32,352 bases of DNA from Octopus bimaculoides. Its lineage: Eukaryota. Each line of letters opens with the position of its first letter. The first letter of the stretch is position 1. The translations under genes were made by a program, and so were the position numbers. Positions 19,925 to 30,816 of this stretch are shown piece by piece. The stretch lies in assembly GCF_001194135.2 (NCBI RefSeq), contig NC_068992.1, positions 15,716,742-15,749,093 of the forward strand, read 5' to 3'. The notes beneath the pieces were generated by a model. That model did no database searches and was not told the origin of the DNA. It worked only from the letters and a program-made list of their open reading frames with translations.

Positions 19925-20367
19925 TTAATATAGGTACAAGGCTTGGATTTTGTGGGGAGGGGCACAGTTGATCACATTGACCTCAGTGCACAACTGGTAC
20001 TTAGTTTATCGACCCTGAAAGGATGAAAGGCATAGTCAACCCTGGCGGAATTTGAACTCAAAATGTAGCGGCAGGTGAAATACTGCTAAGCGTTTTGCCT
20101 GGCATGCTAACGTTTCTGCCAGCTTGCTACCATTGCCCTAGAGATAATAATAGTCCTTTCTACTTTAGGCACAAGGCCGGAAATTTGGAGAGGGGGGACA
20201 GTCAATTACATCAATCCCAGTACTCAACTGGTACTTAATTAATTGACCCTGAAAGGATGAAAGGCAAAGTTGACCCTGGCGGAATTTGAACTCAGAACGT
20301 AGCGGCAGACGAAATACTGCTAAGCATTTTTTGTCCAGCATGCTAACGATTCTACCAGCTTGCCGCC
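19925..20367 (-). mobile_element. Two head-to-tail SINE B copies
   Basis: Each has CCCTGAAAGGATGAAAGGC..GGCGGAATTTGAACTCA..TACTGCTAAGC. Confidence 0.85.
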
Positions 20368-21739
20368 TTTGTCCTAGAGATAATAATAAAAATAATAACT
20401 TGTACTCTGTTGTTATAACAAGGGTTCCAATGGATCTGATTGATGGAACATCCTGCTTGTGAAATTAACTTGCATGAGGTTGAGCACTCTATAGACAGTC
20501 ATATTCTTAACCCTTTCATTACATGACCCCCCCCCCCCCGGCATGGGTGTGCCAGTTTCGTGACACTAGCATCTGCCACAACTATGACCTCACTTGGGTT
20601 GATGGGTCTTCTCAAGCACAGCTTATTGCCAAAGGTCTCAATCATTTGTCATTGTGTCTGTAAGGCCCAGCACTCAAAAGGTGCTTTATATATATAAATA
20701 ATATATAAATATATGTATGTTCTTGGAGATATAGGTAGAATAACTGATGCAAGATCAGAGATGATGAAAGAAAGAAAAGAGGGAGGAAAGTATAGAGAAA
20801 GAAGAAGAAAATAAAAATAAAAGTCATGCTTATGTATTTGTTTTGCTAGATTCCTGATGTGATATCATGTGCTGGAACAGATATTGTTATACTTTTGGGG
20901 ATGATCATTTGTTTTTCTTTTTGTGGACAGCTTTAGCATTGTTCCATTTTCTTCAATCTTTTGTCATGCATCCTGTGGGAGGGAGAGAGAGTCTCTGAAG
21001 AGGTCACTGGATGTGTGACAACAAAAGATTTAAGACAATGGACACGAAAATGAGAACAGTAATAAAGCTGAAGTGAAGGAGTATATATAGTACCTGTGCT
21101 TANNNNNNNNNNNNNNNNNNNNNNNNNNNNNNNNNNNNNNNNNNNNNNNNNNNNNNNNNNNNNNNNNNNNNNNNNNNNNNNNNNNNNNNNNNNNNNNNNN
21201 NNNNNNNNNNNNNNNNNNNNNNNNNNNNNNNNNNNNNNNNNNNNNNNNNNNNNNNNNNNNNNNNNNNNNNNNNNNNNNNNNNNNNNNNNNNNNNNNNNNN
21301 NNNNNNNNNNNNNNNNNNNNNNNNNNNNNNNNNNNNNNNNNNNNNNNNNNNNNNNNNNNNNNNNNNNNNNNNNNNNNNNNNNNNNNNNNNNNNNNNNNNN
21401 NNNNNNNNNNNNNNNNNNNNNNNNNNNNNNNNNNNNNNNNNNNNNNNNNNNNNNNNNNNNNNNNNNNNNNNNNNNNNNNNNNNNNNNNNNNNNNNNNNNN
21501 NNNNNNNNNNNNNNNNNNNNNNNNNNNNNACACACACACACACACACACACATGCATAAGAGAGAGATACAAGGTCCAAGTACAAAGTGAATATGAGACA
21601 GAATAGGAAGTGCCCAGAGTGAAAACTCTGTGACAGATGATTCAAAATAGTGAATGAGCTGGATGCAAAGGATACCAGTTCTGTGTTGGGGGAAAAGTGG
21701 AGAAAATAGATAAGTTGTGGGGGAAGGCTTAACAGAGCT

Positions 21740-22625
21740 TCATATGCTGAGATGGGCAGGTCTTCTCAAGCACAATGTAACACCATTCACCTTGGTCCCT
21801 CTGTGTCATCTCCTCCCAGAGGCTCAACATCTTGAGGTCAGTCTTCACCACTTTGTCCCACCTCTTCCTAGGTTTACCTCTTCCACATGTTCCTTTCATG
21901 TTTAGCAACCAGTGCTTCTTTATACAGCTTTCCTCATAGATCCACATGACATGACCATACCAGTGCAGTCTTCTCTCTTGCAGACCACATCTGATGCTTC
22001 TTATTGTCCAATTTTTCTCTAAGTCTGTACTTTGTCATATATGCACACTTTGTCATGACATTGCATATATTAAACAAGTTTCTGCATATCCTCTGCATTT
22101 ACAACCCAAAATTCACAGCATTTCTGTTTGTACATAGACATCATACAATCTACCTTTCATTCTGAGAGAGGCCGTTTACTACCAAGGAAAGTAATAGCTC
22201 CCTAAACTGACTCCTTGTTGTTACTCTAGCTACTATATAGTTTAAGAACATCCTATTCTATTGCTAATTAGGTCATCTAGATAACGGATGCTACTTTTAG
22301 GGATCCTCCCAGACATTTGAGATAATCTAGTTCGCATGCACTCTTAGTATTTAGTGCAAATCCACATTTAGCACATATAAAAATCTGCTTTCACTATCAT
22401 CTTGCCTGTGATTCCACTGTACATCTTGTGATCTGATAGTTTATACAGTATACACTCTATGGAATTCTCCCATGCTCCTTTTCTAGATATTGAAGAAGGA
22501 CATTTTCCTGATGGTATTGGGGTCCTGTTTGTTTCCTTACTAATACTTTAAACTTTGTTGAAGTAACTTTGAGGCCTCTTCATTCCAGCTTTTACTTCTC
22601 TGCCTAGACCTTCTCTAATCTTGCT
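21740..22625 (-). mobile_element. RTE-clade LINE 3' ORF relic (many stops and frameshifts)
   Basis: Minus-strand peptides RYLDDLIS, LHWYGHV and CIKKHWLLNMKGTCGRGKPRKRWDKVVKTDLKMLSL..VLEKT match the RTE C-terminal pattern RLRWYGHV..GRGRPRKTW. Related GTCTTCTCAAGCAC 3' sequence occurs at about 20545-20640. Confidence 0.85.
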
Positions 22626-22629
22626 ACAG

Positions 22630-22816
22630 ATTTAGCGAAGGGAACTGGTCGATTACATCGACCCCAGTGTTCAACCCATTTGTATTTCATCGATCTCGGA
22701 AGGATGAAAGAGAAAGACCACCTCGGCAGAATTTGAATTCAGAACATAATGACGGACGAAATTCCGCTGAGCGTTTTATCCGGCGTGCTAATGATTCTGC
22801 CAGCTCGCTGCCTTAT
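22630..22816 (-). mobile_element. SINE family B (an internally deleted plus-strand B copy lies at about 22982-23100)
   Basis: GGTCGATTACATCGACCCCAG..GGAAGGATGAAAG..CTGCCAGCTCGCTGCC. Confidence 0.8.
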
Positions 22817-23255
22817 CTTCAAGGCTTTAAATAATAGCATGTAAATATTGGCTAAAAAAACCCTCGGAATAGAAAAAGTCGAAGGGTGCTTGTCTCTCAA
22901 TAGAAGATGTGGGTTTGCGTCCCACAGGTAACCTCCAACATTTTTTATCCAAAGTTTTTTTCACCAATATTTATATGATATAAAGTGGTGAGCTGGTAGA
23001 ATAGTTAGCACGCAAGTACCAGTTAAACACTAGGGTCAATGTAATCGATTTTTCCCTCACCTAAAATTGCTGGCCTAGTGCCAAAATTTGAAATCAATAT
23101 TTACACGCTATCATTTATAGCTTTATCTGTTTCAAGTTCCACCGTTAAAAACATACTATTTCACGTCTCCCGTAGTTTCTAAACTCTTATGACGTAAAAA
23201 AGAATATTTTATTTTCAATTGAAGAAAATTACAATGAGACCAAAGCTGTCTCATG

Positions 23256-23287
<32 letters not shown>

Positions 23288-23924
23288 GCTCTCTCTTTTT
23301 GCCATAGCAACAGTTGGTCACAAAGTATTGTTTACTTAAAACAGTGTATTTTTATTTATCTTTGTCTCGTGTGGGCGATAAAGTAATGGTGTCTAAAATT
23401 CTATTTGATAGGAATNNNNNNNNNNCTATTTGATAGGAATTATGTCTACGCTATCAGTGGTAAAATCAGGTGTTAATAAATTCTTATTTTTCTTTTAATT
23501 TTTCGTTTTATGTCACAGAAAAAATGTTTGTTTTGCAGAATAGCTAATGTACGAAGAAAAAAAAAAAAAAAAGCAAACAGACGAAAAACAACGAAAATAA
23601 AATCCCTGCCCTAATGAAAGATAAGATGAAGGGGGAGACGGGGTATTAAGAATTTTAAAGGATGCAAATTGCTAGTGTTTCAGAATGTCTGGAATACAAT
23701 GATATAATGATAAAGAAAGTGGTCACTGTTGTAGGTCATACGTTTAGAAAGACATTAAAAAGGTTTTCCTTATAAAAGGCTTTTTGTCATTGTTTCGAAG
23801 GGCAGGATACAAACACAATTGGAGTAAAGCCCCAAATGCCGACAAAAACCCAAAAATAAAACGGAGAAAATCTTGCTTAAGTGGGGCAGCTATTTCAAAA
23901 GTCTACCCCTCACCCATATTGTTT

Positions 23925-24130
23925 TATTCTTTTACCTGTTTCAGTCATTTGACTGCGGCCAAGCTAGAGCACCGCCACGAAGGGTTTTAGTCGAACAAAT
24001 CGACTCCAGGACTTATTTTCTTAAATCTAGTACTAATTCTATCGGTCTCTTTTGCCGAACTGCTAAGTTACAGGGACGTAAACAACGCCTGTACCGTTTG
24101 TCAAGCGATGATGGCAGAGACAAACTGAGA
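23925..24130 (-). mobile_element. SINE family A 3' module
   Basis: CTGTTTCAGTCATTTGACTGCGGCCA..CTATCGGTCTCTTTTGCCGAACTGCTAAGTTAC. Confidence 0.85.
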
Positions 24131-24835
24131 CACGCAGAGAAAAATACATACATACATACATACATATGCACTTTAATCACATTCAAGAATATAAGTACGT
24201 GTTTCAGCACAACACATGCAGAGTCAAAAAGAAACACTACCTTTCACCGGCACTGCGTGAACGACAGTACTGTCTCTCCCTAGCGTGAAGCTTCCTATCT
24301 CAGATACGTGAGCATGTTCACAACAGCCAAACACTGCATCGATGGAACTGTGAAGCGCCCAGTTCTATACAAGGATTTATGTATTTTTTTCATAAACTAG
24401 GGGATGGCTTCTGACATTAAGCTTAAGGATTATATAATGTACAAGTATAAAGAAAGAATTAAAGAAAAAAGGACTCATTATATTGAATGTTATCGATAAT
24501 ATTGAGTGGAAATAGGGGGTGCTGCAGTTACGTAGTGCCTATATACGAGTCGCCACTGCCTGAAAAATAATCTGTAGGAGAAAACTTCATTAAAAAAACA
24601 CCCGTTTTCTGAAAGTTCTGAAGAAAGATAGTTGATGCGTGTGAATTATCCGAAACTCCTCTTACCACTCCTTCCCAAAATGTTTTTCACTAAAAATTCC
24701 AATATGATCGGAGTCTACTCCCCCTGAAACGTATTTGTAGAAAATTCCATTAATAAATTATCCATTTTTCAAAAAATTGTGAAGAAACACAATCGGGTGG
24801 CTTGTGGTGGAGCTCGTGCATGCGTGCGCACACAC

Positions 24836-25136
24836 ATCATGGTGTCGATCTGACTATCGGATGTTGTTACACATCGCTGATCACAGTGCACTTCGCATCG
24901 TTTTAGCTTTCGAATGACGCCACCTCGTTGCTAGTTAGGTGAGCAGTCCAATATTATCCCTGATCGGAAGGTCATTCCGTCACAGGGTCAGCCTATTTAC
25001 AGCTGAGAAGACACGGACAACGTGAAATGAAGTGTTTTGCTCAAGAACACAACGCGCTGCCCCGTCCCGGAATTGAACCCATGAAAATCTAGCGATCGTG
25101 AGTACAATACCTTAACCAATAGGCCACGCGCTTTCC
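24836..25136 (-). mobile_element. SINE family F, full length (tRNA head + CORE-like TTGTGTTCTTGAGCAAAACACTT)
   Basis: Reverse complement starts GCGCGTGGCCTATTGGTTAAGG (A box), then GGGTTCAATTCC (B box) and a CORE-like domain. Could be one of the published octopus OR families (not verifiable here). Confidence 0.8.
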
Positions 25137-25534
25137 ACTCACAGACACATACACACTTACGTATGTTCTTTATGTATGTATGTATCTGTCTGTCTGTATT
25201 TTGAAGTTATACTTGTCAGGCAATTGATTTGATCTGAGACTAAGTGTTGAAACTGAAACAATTACAGCGTGGAAGACACATATGTACCATCCAAAAACAC
25301 ACACAAAAACTGTTAGTTTGACTTAAATATTTATTAGTTAGCATCGACATTTTTGTCGCACCAATTTCACTGAACTTTGTTCTTGTCCAGGTCGCAGTTC
25401 ATACGACGAAAATGTTGATACCGAATAATAAATGTTTAAGTGAATCTAACAGACTGTGTATTTCTGAACAGCAAGTTCATGTCTCCCACGCTATAATTGT
25501 TATCCGTAATACATGAATACAAACAGACAGGCAT

Positions 25535-25583
<49 letters not shown>

Positions 25584-25664
25584 CACACACGCACGCACGC
25601 GTAAGCGCGCATATATGCATATGTATGTGTGTGTGTGTGTATGCATACATATGTACGCATCTGT

Positions 25665-26037
25665 GTGGAGGCGCAATGGCCCAGAGGTTAGGGCAGCGAA
25701 CTCGCGGTTTCGATTCCCAGACCGGGCGTTGTGAGTGTTTATTGAGCGAGAACACCTAAAGCTCCACGAGTCTCCGGCAGGGGGTGGTGGCGAACCCTGC
25801 TGTACTCTTCCACCAGAACTTTCTCTCACTCTTACTTCCTGTTTCTGTTGTGCCTGTAATTCAAAGGGTCAGCCTTGTCACACTGTGTCACGCTGAATAT
25901 CCCCGAGAACTACGATAAGAGTACACGTGTCTGTGGAGTACTCAGCCGCTTGCACGTTAACTTCACGAGCAGGCTGTTCCGTTGATCGGATCAACTGGAA
26001 CCCTCGACGTCGTAAGCGACGGAGTGCCAACACACAC
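25665..26037 (+). mobile_element. SINE family E, full length with 12-bp TSD
   Basis: GGAGGCGCAATGGCCCAG head, GGTTTCGATTCCC B box and (CA)n tail. TSD GTACGCATCTGT at 25653-25664 and 26038-26049. Confidence 0.9.
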
Positions 26038-26363
26038 GTACGCATCTGTAAGGAATTAGAGATGATGTGAGGAGGTGATGACATCACAATAGTATTACGT
26101 CTTTTTGAGATAAACTAATTCGAATCCAGCTCTGGATCTTTTTGATTTTTTGCTTAATCTTCCTTTATAAAAAGGAAAAACGCTCCAGCAAAATTTCATC
26201 TCTGTATTCTGAAACCAGCATTTAACTTTTAAGTTATTTTACTAAATTCATTATATTCAAAGCTTGTTGAAAGCCAGATAGTATATTTCAACAGAAAGCT
26301 GAGACCCAAACAGCAAAAGTAATCTACATATTCTTCTGATTTGAATTGAACGTACAGACAGAT

Positions 26364-26738
26364 ATGGCTATGATTAGGGCTCCAAAGAAATCTCCATCGT
26401 TGGATTCAGTTTCTTTAGAGACGATGACGCCATCATCTTCGTCATCGTCAAAAGTCAGGGTCAGTTTAGGAGAGCGTGTGACTCGACGTTTCAGGAAGAT
26501 TTTTCTGTTATGTTCTAAGAAAAGGAATTCTGTTGCTGTTGATCCAAACTACACGAATGCTGAATCAAATGGAATCGCTTCTGAACTTACGTCACACAAA
26601 GGAAATATAGTTCCAAGAAGATGTAGATGTGTCAGTTGCAGATTCAAACCTCACAAAAGGGTTAAATTCGCTCCGGAATTGGAGACAGTTTTGAACTTGG
26701 ACGAAGGAGACAATGAATGTATAGCAAACAGATTGTGA
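26364..26738 (+). CDS. Candidate 124-aa orphan ORF (Ser-rich, basic, RVxF motif KRVKF) inside the presumed SLC25A35 intron; gene or pseudogene
   Basis: ATG at 26364 is in the frame of track ORF 26346-26738. Sequence is non-repetitive, and the translation includes SSSSSS, CRCVSC and KRVKFAPELETVL. No family recognised. Confidence 0.4.
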   Translation: MAMIRAPKKSPSLDSVSLETMTPSSSSSSKVRVSLGERVTRRFRKIFLLCSKKRNSVAVDPNYTNAESNGIASELTSHKGNIVPRRCRCVSCRFKPHKRVKFAPELETVLNLDEGDNECIANRL

Positions 26739-27395
26739 GGAACCAAAACCTAAGGAGAAAGAACGGCGGAAGATGGAAACAGATGTTTGCAAAAGAAGAC
26801 TGTCAAGTTATGCTCATGCGCTGGTAGTACTTGGAAACAGGAACCTATAAAGCTATTGGCCAGGCAGTTCTTGGTGAAGCAAGCTTATTGTGGAGCATAC
26901 TCATGTTAGACAAAGCTTACGAACACTAATGCAGGTGGCTTCCAGTTGTCACAAAATGTCGACTGAAGCCAATCTACATCATAAGGTCAGTAATACCTTC
27001 TGGCTTTACCATTTCAAGTTTAGTGCTGCAACAGGCACCGAGAAACCGTATACAAGAAGCTAAAGAAGGAAGAAGAGATGCAGATGAAAAAAGCGGGGAA
27101 AAACACTCCATCGAAAAAAAAACAAAAAACGTTGATGGTAAAAAAATGGATAAATAAATTATTAGGGAAACCCTTGGACATTCCAAGTGTTTTTGCCATT
27201 GAAAATTGAAAACGATGTAGTTGTGTTTATGAGGATAGACTAGAGTGAATGGCAAGCAAGAGAAAGAGCGGGAGAGCAAAGGGGGAAACGAAAGGGGATA
27301 GAGGAAAAGAACAAAGAAATATCAAGGAATAAGCATTAACACTGCTTCCACCAGCAACGCCAGGGAAAGTGTTTACTTCGGAAGTAAACCACTCA

Positions 27396-27660
27396 ACTTG
27401 GAGAAAGCCTTTTTGACAATTTCTCGCCCTCTTATCTGGTGGCCACTATAGAACCTAGGTGTAGATGAATGGCTGGTGAGAGCCACTTTAGCCATGTACA
27501 GGAGTGCGTTCAGTAATTTGAAAGTTGGCAACATTTAGTGCTCTAGGGTTCAGTTATCGTTTTACCTTCTATTCATTATTGTCTTCCAAGACTACAACAG
27601 AAGTGTAAGATCAGGTTGCTGTTGGAAGTCTTACATTAATAACCCTTCAGCTGAATACAG
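27396..27660 (+). mobile_element. RTE LINE reverse-transcriptase relic
   Basis: Frameshifted peptides LEKAF, LIWW, LGVDEWLVRA, AMYRSA and LLFIIVFQ match the RTE RT region DLEKAFD..LGVDEWLVRAVQAMY..QGSVLSPLLFIIV. Confidence 0.8.
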
Positions 27661-27740
27661 TTACTGCTGTTTTTGTAAACAATAATTTTTGCCGGTGTCA
27701 AGATCGTTATTCCCTGTTAATTATATCGTTATTCCCTAGT

Positions 27741-27858
27741 AAGGGTTTTAGGGTTAGGGTTCGGGTTTTAGGGTTAGGGTTATGACTTACAGGGTTTTAG
27801 AGTTAGGTTATGGCAGAAATAATCATAACCCTAACTCTAAAACCCTAACGCTAAAACC
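27741..27858. repeat. Degenerate TTAGGG/TTTTAGGG telomere-like repeats with an internal inverted block
   Basis: GGGTTTTAGGGTTAGGG units. 27791-27812 pairs with 27824-27846. Confidence 0.75.
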
Positions 27859-28198
27859 AATACAAACGCACGAACGATGTTATAAATAAGAGTACCGCCG
27901 ATAGTTGTTGACAAACAACGGCACTAATTTTATTCAAGGGAAAAGATCCCTTTACACCGCTAGAATATGTTGTTTATATTTCATAGCAGTAATTGTTTTC
28001 ACCTCAATAGACGTCAGTGATTAGTTGAAATTACCGAAATACGACAATTTTTTACATGAAATAACTTCGAATACAAAATTTTTTATCTGTTCTATAACAC
28101 AAAATATACAAGTATACGAAGTTTTAAAGTGTTTCGGTACCAAAAAACACTACATAAAACATAAATGAAAAGTGGTGCCCGTCAATTCAGAAGGATCC

Positions 28199-28400
28199 TG
28201 TGTCTGTGTCCCCCAACATCCCTTGAAAACCGATGCCGGTGTGTTTACGTCCCCGTAACTTAGCGGTTCGGCAAAAAGAGACCGATAAAATAAGTACTAG
28301 GCTTACAAAGAATAAGTCCTGGGGTCGATTTTCTCGACTAGAGGCGGTGCTCCAGCATGGCCACAGTCAAATGGCTGAAACAAGTAAGAGTTAAAAGAGT
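28199..28400 (+). mobile_element. SINE family A 3' module
   Basis: GTGTTTACGTCCCCGTAACTTAGCGGTTCGGCAAAAAGAGACCGAT..GGCTGAAACAAGTAAGAG. Confidence 0.9.
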
Positions 28401-28426
28401 ATATGAACACACACACACAAAATATC

Positions 28427-28607
28427 GGATCTTTCTGATTTGACGGGCAACACTTTTCATTTATGTTTTATGTAGTGTTTTTGGTACAATTTTTTGTTAA
28501 GAAGGCTAAGAGAAAAAGTTGTTTTATATGACACATTCTACCAGTATCCCAAGTTTGAAAGTGTTTCGTTAAGAAAACAAGTGGTGCCCGTCAAATCAGA
28601 AAGATCC
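28427..28607. mobile_element. MITE with 29-bp TIRs; related terminus at 28136-28198
   Basis: GGATCTTTCTGATTTGACGGGCAACACTT versus AAGTGGTGCCCGTCAAATCAGAAAGATCC (28/29 complementary). Confidence 0.8.
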
Positions 28608-29357
28608 AACATATCTTCTTAGACTGACTAATCGCAGAATATCAGAAACAAAATGTTTTTCGTTGGTAAACAAATAGTACAACAGCGAATTGGAAAAAAA
28701 AACAAAATAAAAAGAAATAATTGATACATAAAAGCAATACTGGAGTTGAAGTATGCCAACGCCTGTAATAAGTCATATTTATCTGTCCGCCTGCCTGCCT
28801 GTCTTTGTTTGTTTGCTTGTTTGTTTAGGTGTGTATAATTGTTTTATTCGCAATGTGAACATTTTAAGAATGACGCGAAAGAGAAAGATGCGTTTGTACT
28901 GAAGTAATTTCTCTCGTAAACAAACACCGGCAACCCGTTATTAAAGTACTTGAAATAAACAGGCTTCTTATGATGTAATAATATATTTTAAGATGTAAAC
29001 AATTACATAAAGTGTGTGTGTGTGTGTGTGTGTGTATTACTTTTTGGTATTGTTTATCAATTCATTGAAAATAATGAAACATTAACTGAAGCGGTGTGGG
29101 TGAGGTGGGGGCTCTGTGCGTTTATTCTTTCATTCTTTTATACGTTCCAGCCCTAAGGGTGTGGCCATGCTGGAGAACCGCCATTTAGTGGAGGAAAATT
29201 TATTGAAAATATTAAAACGGTCAGAACATAAGTTCTGCCTTTAATAACTTATTCAACCATCAAAGATGTAATTTTAATTCTTAGTCACATCAATATTATG
29301 TACGTACGTACGCACGCACACACACACACACACATACACACATACACACACACACAC

Positions 29358-29505
29358 GACAAGCTTCCTTTCAGTTTCCGTCTACTAAATCCTCTCGCAA
29401 GGCTTTGATTGTTCTGGGGCAATAGTAGAAAAAAACTTGCCCAAGGTACCACATAGAGAAACTGAACTTGGAACCATTCAGTTGGGAAACAAACTTCATA
29501 TCACC
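29358..29505 (-). mobile_element. SINE family A head, diverged
   Basis: CTTTCAGTTTCCGTCTAC..ACTTGCCCAAGGT..ACTGAAC. Confidence 0.75.
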
Positions 29506-29767
29506 ATCCACTCGTCCCCTTGGCTACTTTGTGGGGAATTTCTACCTATTCCTTTCTACATATCGAACCATTTCCGTGATGTTAGCAGCTTCCTGTCTGT
29601 TTTCTTACTTACTAATGCTTTAATCGGATTAAAATGGATTAGACATGCATAAACATTTTGCACCATTCAATATTTACTGTGCTTGAATGAAATAGCGAAG
29701 GAACATCTGTCACCGTGTCTAATGTATATTGACAGATTTATATATTTGTTGACATACAATGTGTGTA

Positions 29768-30015
29768 TTAGAGAGAGAGAGAGAGAGAGAGAAAAAGTGC
29801 GCACATGTGTGAGAGAGTGCGTGTGTGCGCGCACGCATACCTATGTATGTATGTATATATGTATGTATATATGTATGTATATGTATGTATATATATATAT
29901 GTGTATGTATATATGTATGTATANNNNNNNNNNATATATATATATGTGTATGTATATATGTATGTATATGTATGTATATATATATATGTGTATGTATATA
30001 TGTATGTATATGTAT
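29768..30015. repeat. (GA)n, (TG)n and (TATG/TA)n microsatellite block containing a 10-N gap
   Basis: Direct reading. Confidence 0.95.
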
Positions 30016-30030
30016 AAATGTATTTTTTTT

Positions 30031-30384
30031 TGTTTCAGTCTTTTTGACTGTGGCCATGCTGGAGCACCGCCTTTAGCCGAGCAAATCGACCCCGGGACTT
30101 ATTCTTTGGATGCCTAGTACTTATTCTATCGTTCTCTTTTGCCGAACCGCTAAGTGACGGGGACATAAACACACCAGCATCGGTTGTCAAGCAATGCTAG
30201 GGGGACAAACACAAACACATATATACGACGGGCTTCTTTCAGTTTCTGTCTACCAAATCCACTCACAAGGCTTTGGTCGTTCCGAGGCTATAGTAGAAGA
30301 CACTTGCCCAAGGTGCCACGCAGTGGGACTGAACCCGGAACTGTGTGGTTGGTAAGCAAGCTACTTTCCACACAGCCACTCCTG
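30031..30384 (-). mobile_element. SINE family A, full length, young
   Basis: Head near-identical to 1-151 and 3165-3320; 3' module near-identical to 28199-28400. Confidence 0.9.
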
Positions 30385-30816
30385 TATGTATATATATAAA
30401 TATGTATATATATGTATGTATGTATATGTATATATATATCTTTATTATAGAACTCACCTTATAAAGCTGACAATTGTTTCTTTTACATTAATATATGTAT
30501 ATTAATGTGTGTGTTTGTGTGTGTGTGTTTGTGTGTGTGTGCAGGCATAGGTATGTAGAGCCTAACTAAGGGTATTGTGAAAGGCCTGGTTGGAGGTCCA
30601 ATCTTCCAAGTTCTTTTACAGGGCTTAGGAAAACCGAATGACTGTTGCAATGTTTGTGTGAATCTGAGAGGAGATTATATGTTGAATAAAATCATTATTA
30701 ACTGATCCTCTTGTATTTTCCTTTACCCAAAGCAAGAAACTTGTCAGCATGCCCTTGTATATTGTGCTTAAAAGAACACGGCAGTGTATCAGTAGCTGAC
30801 GGATAGTGTTCAACAT

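Noticed and set aside
23401-23440. 15-bp direct repeat CTATTTGATAGGAAT
   Set aside because: Flanks a 10-N gap, so it is an unmerged contig overlap.
24240-24375. Possible minus-strand exon (SIDAVFGCCEHAHVSEIGSFTLGRDSTVVHAVPVK)
   Set aside because: Weak acceptor, no recognisable homology and no partner exons.
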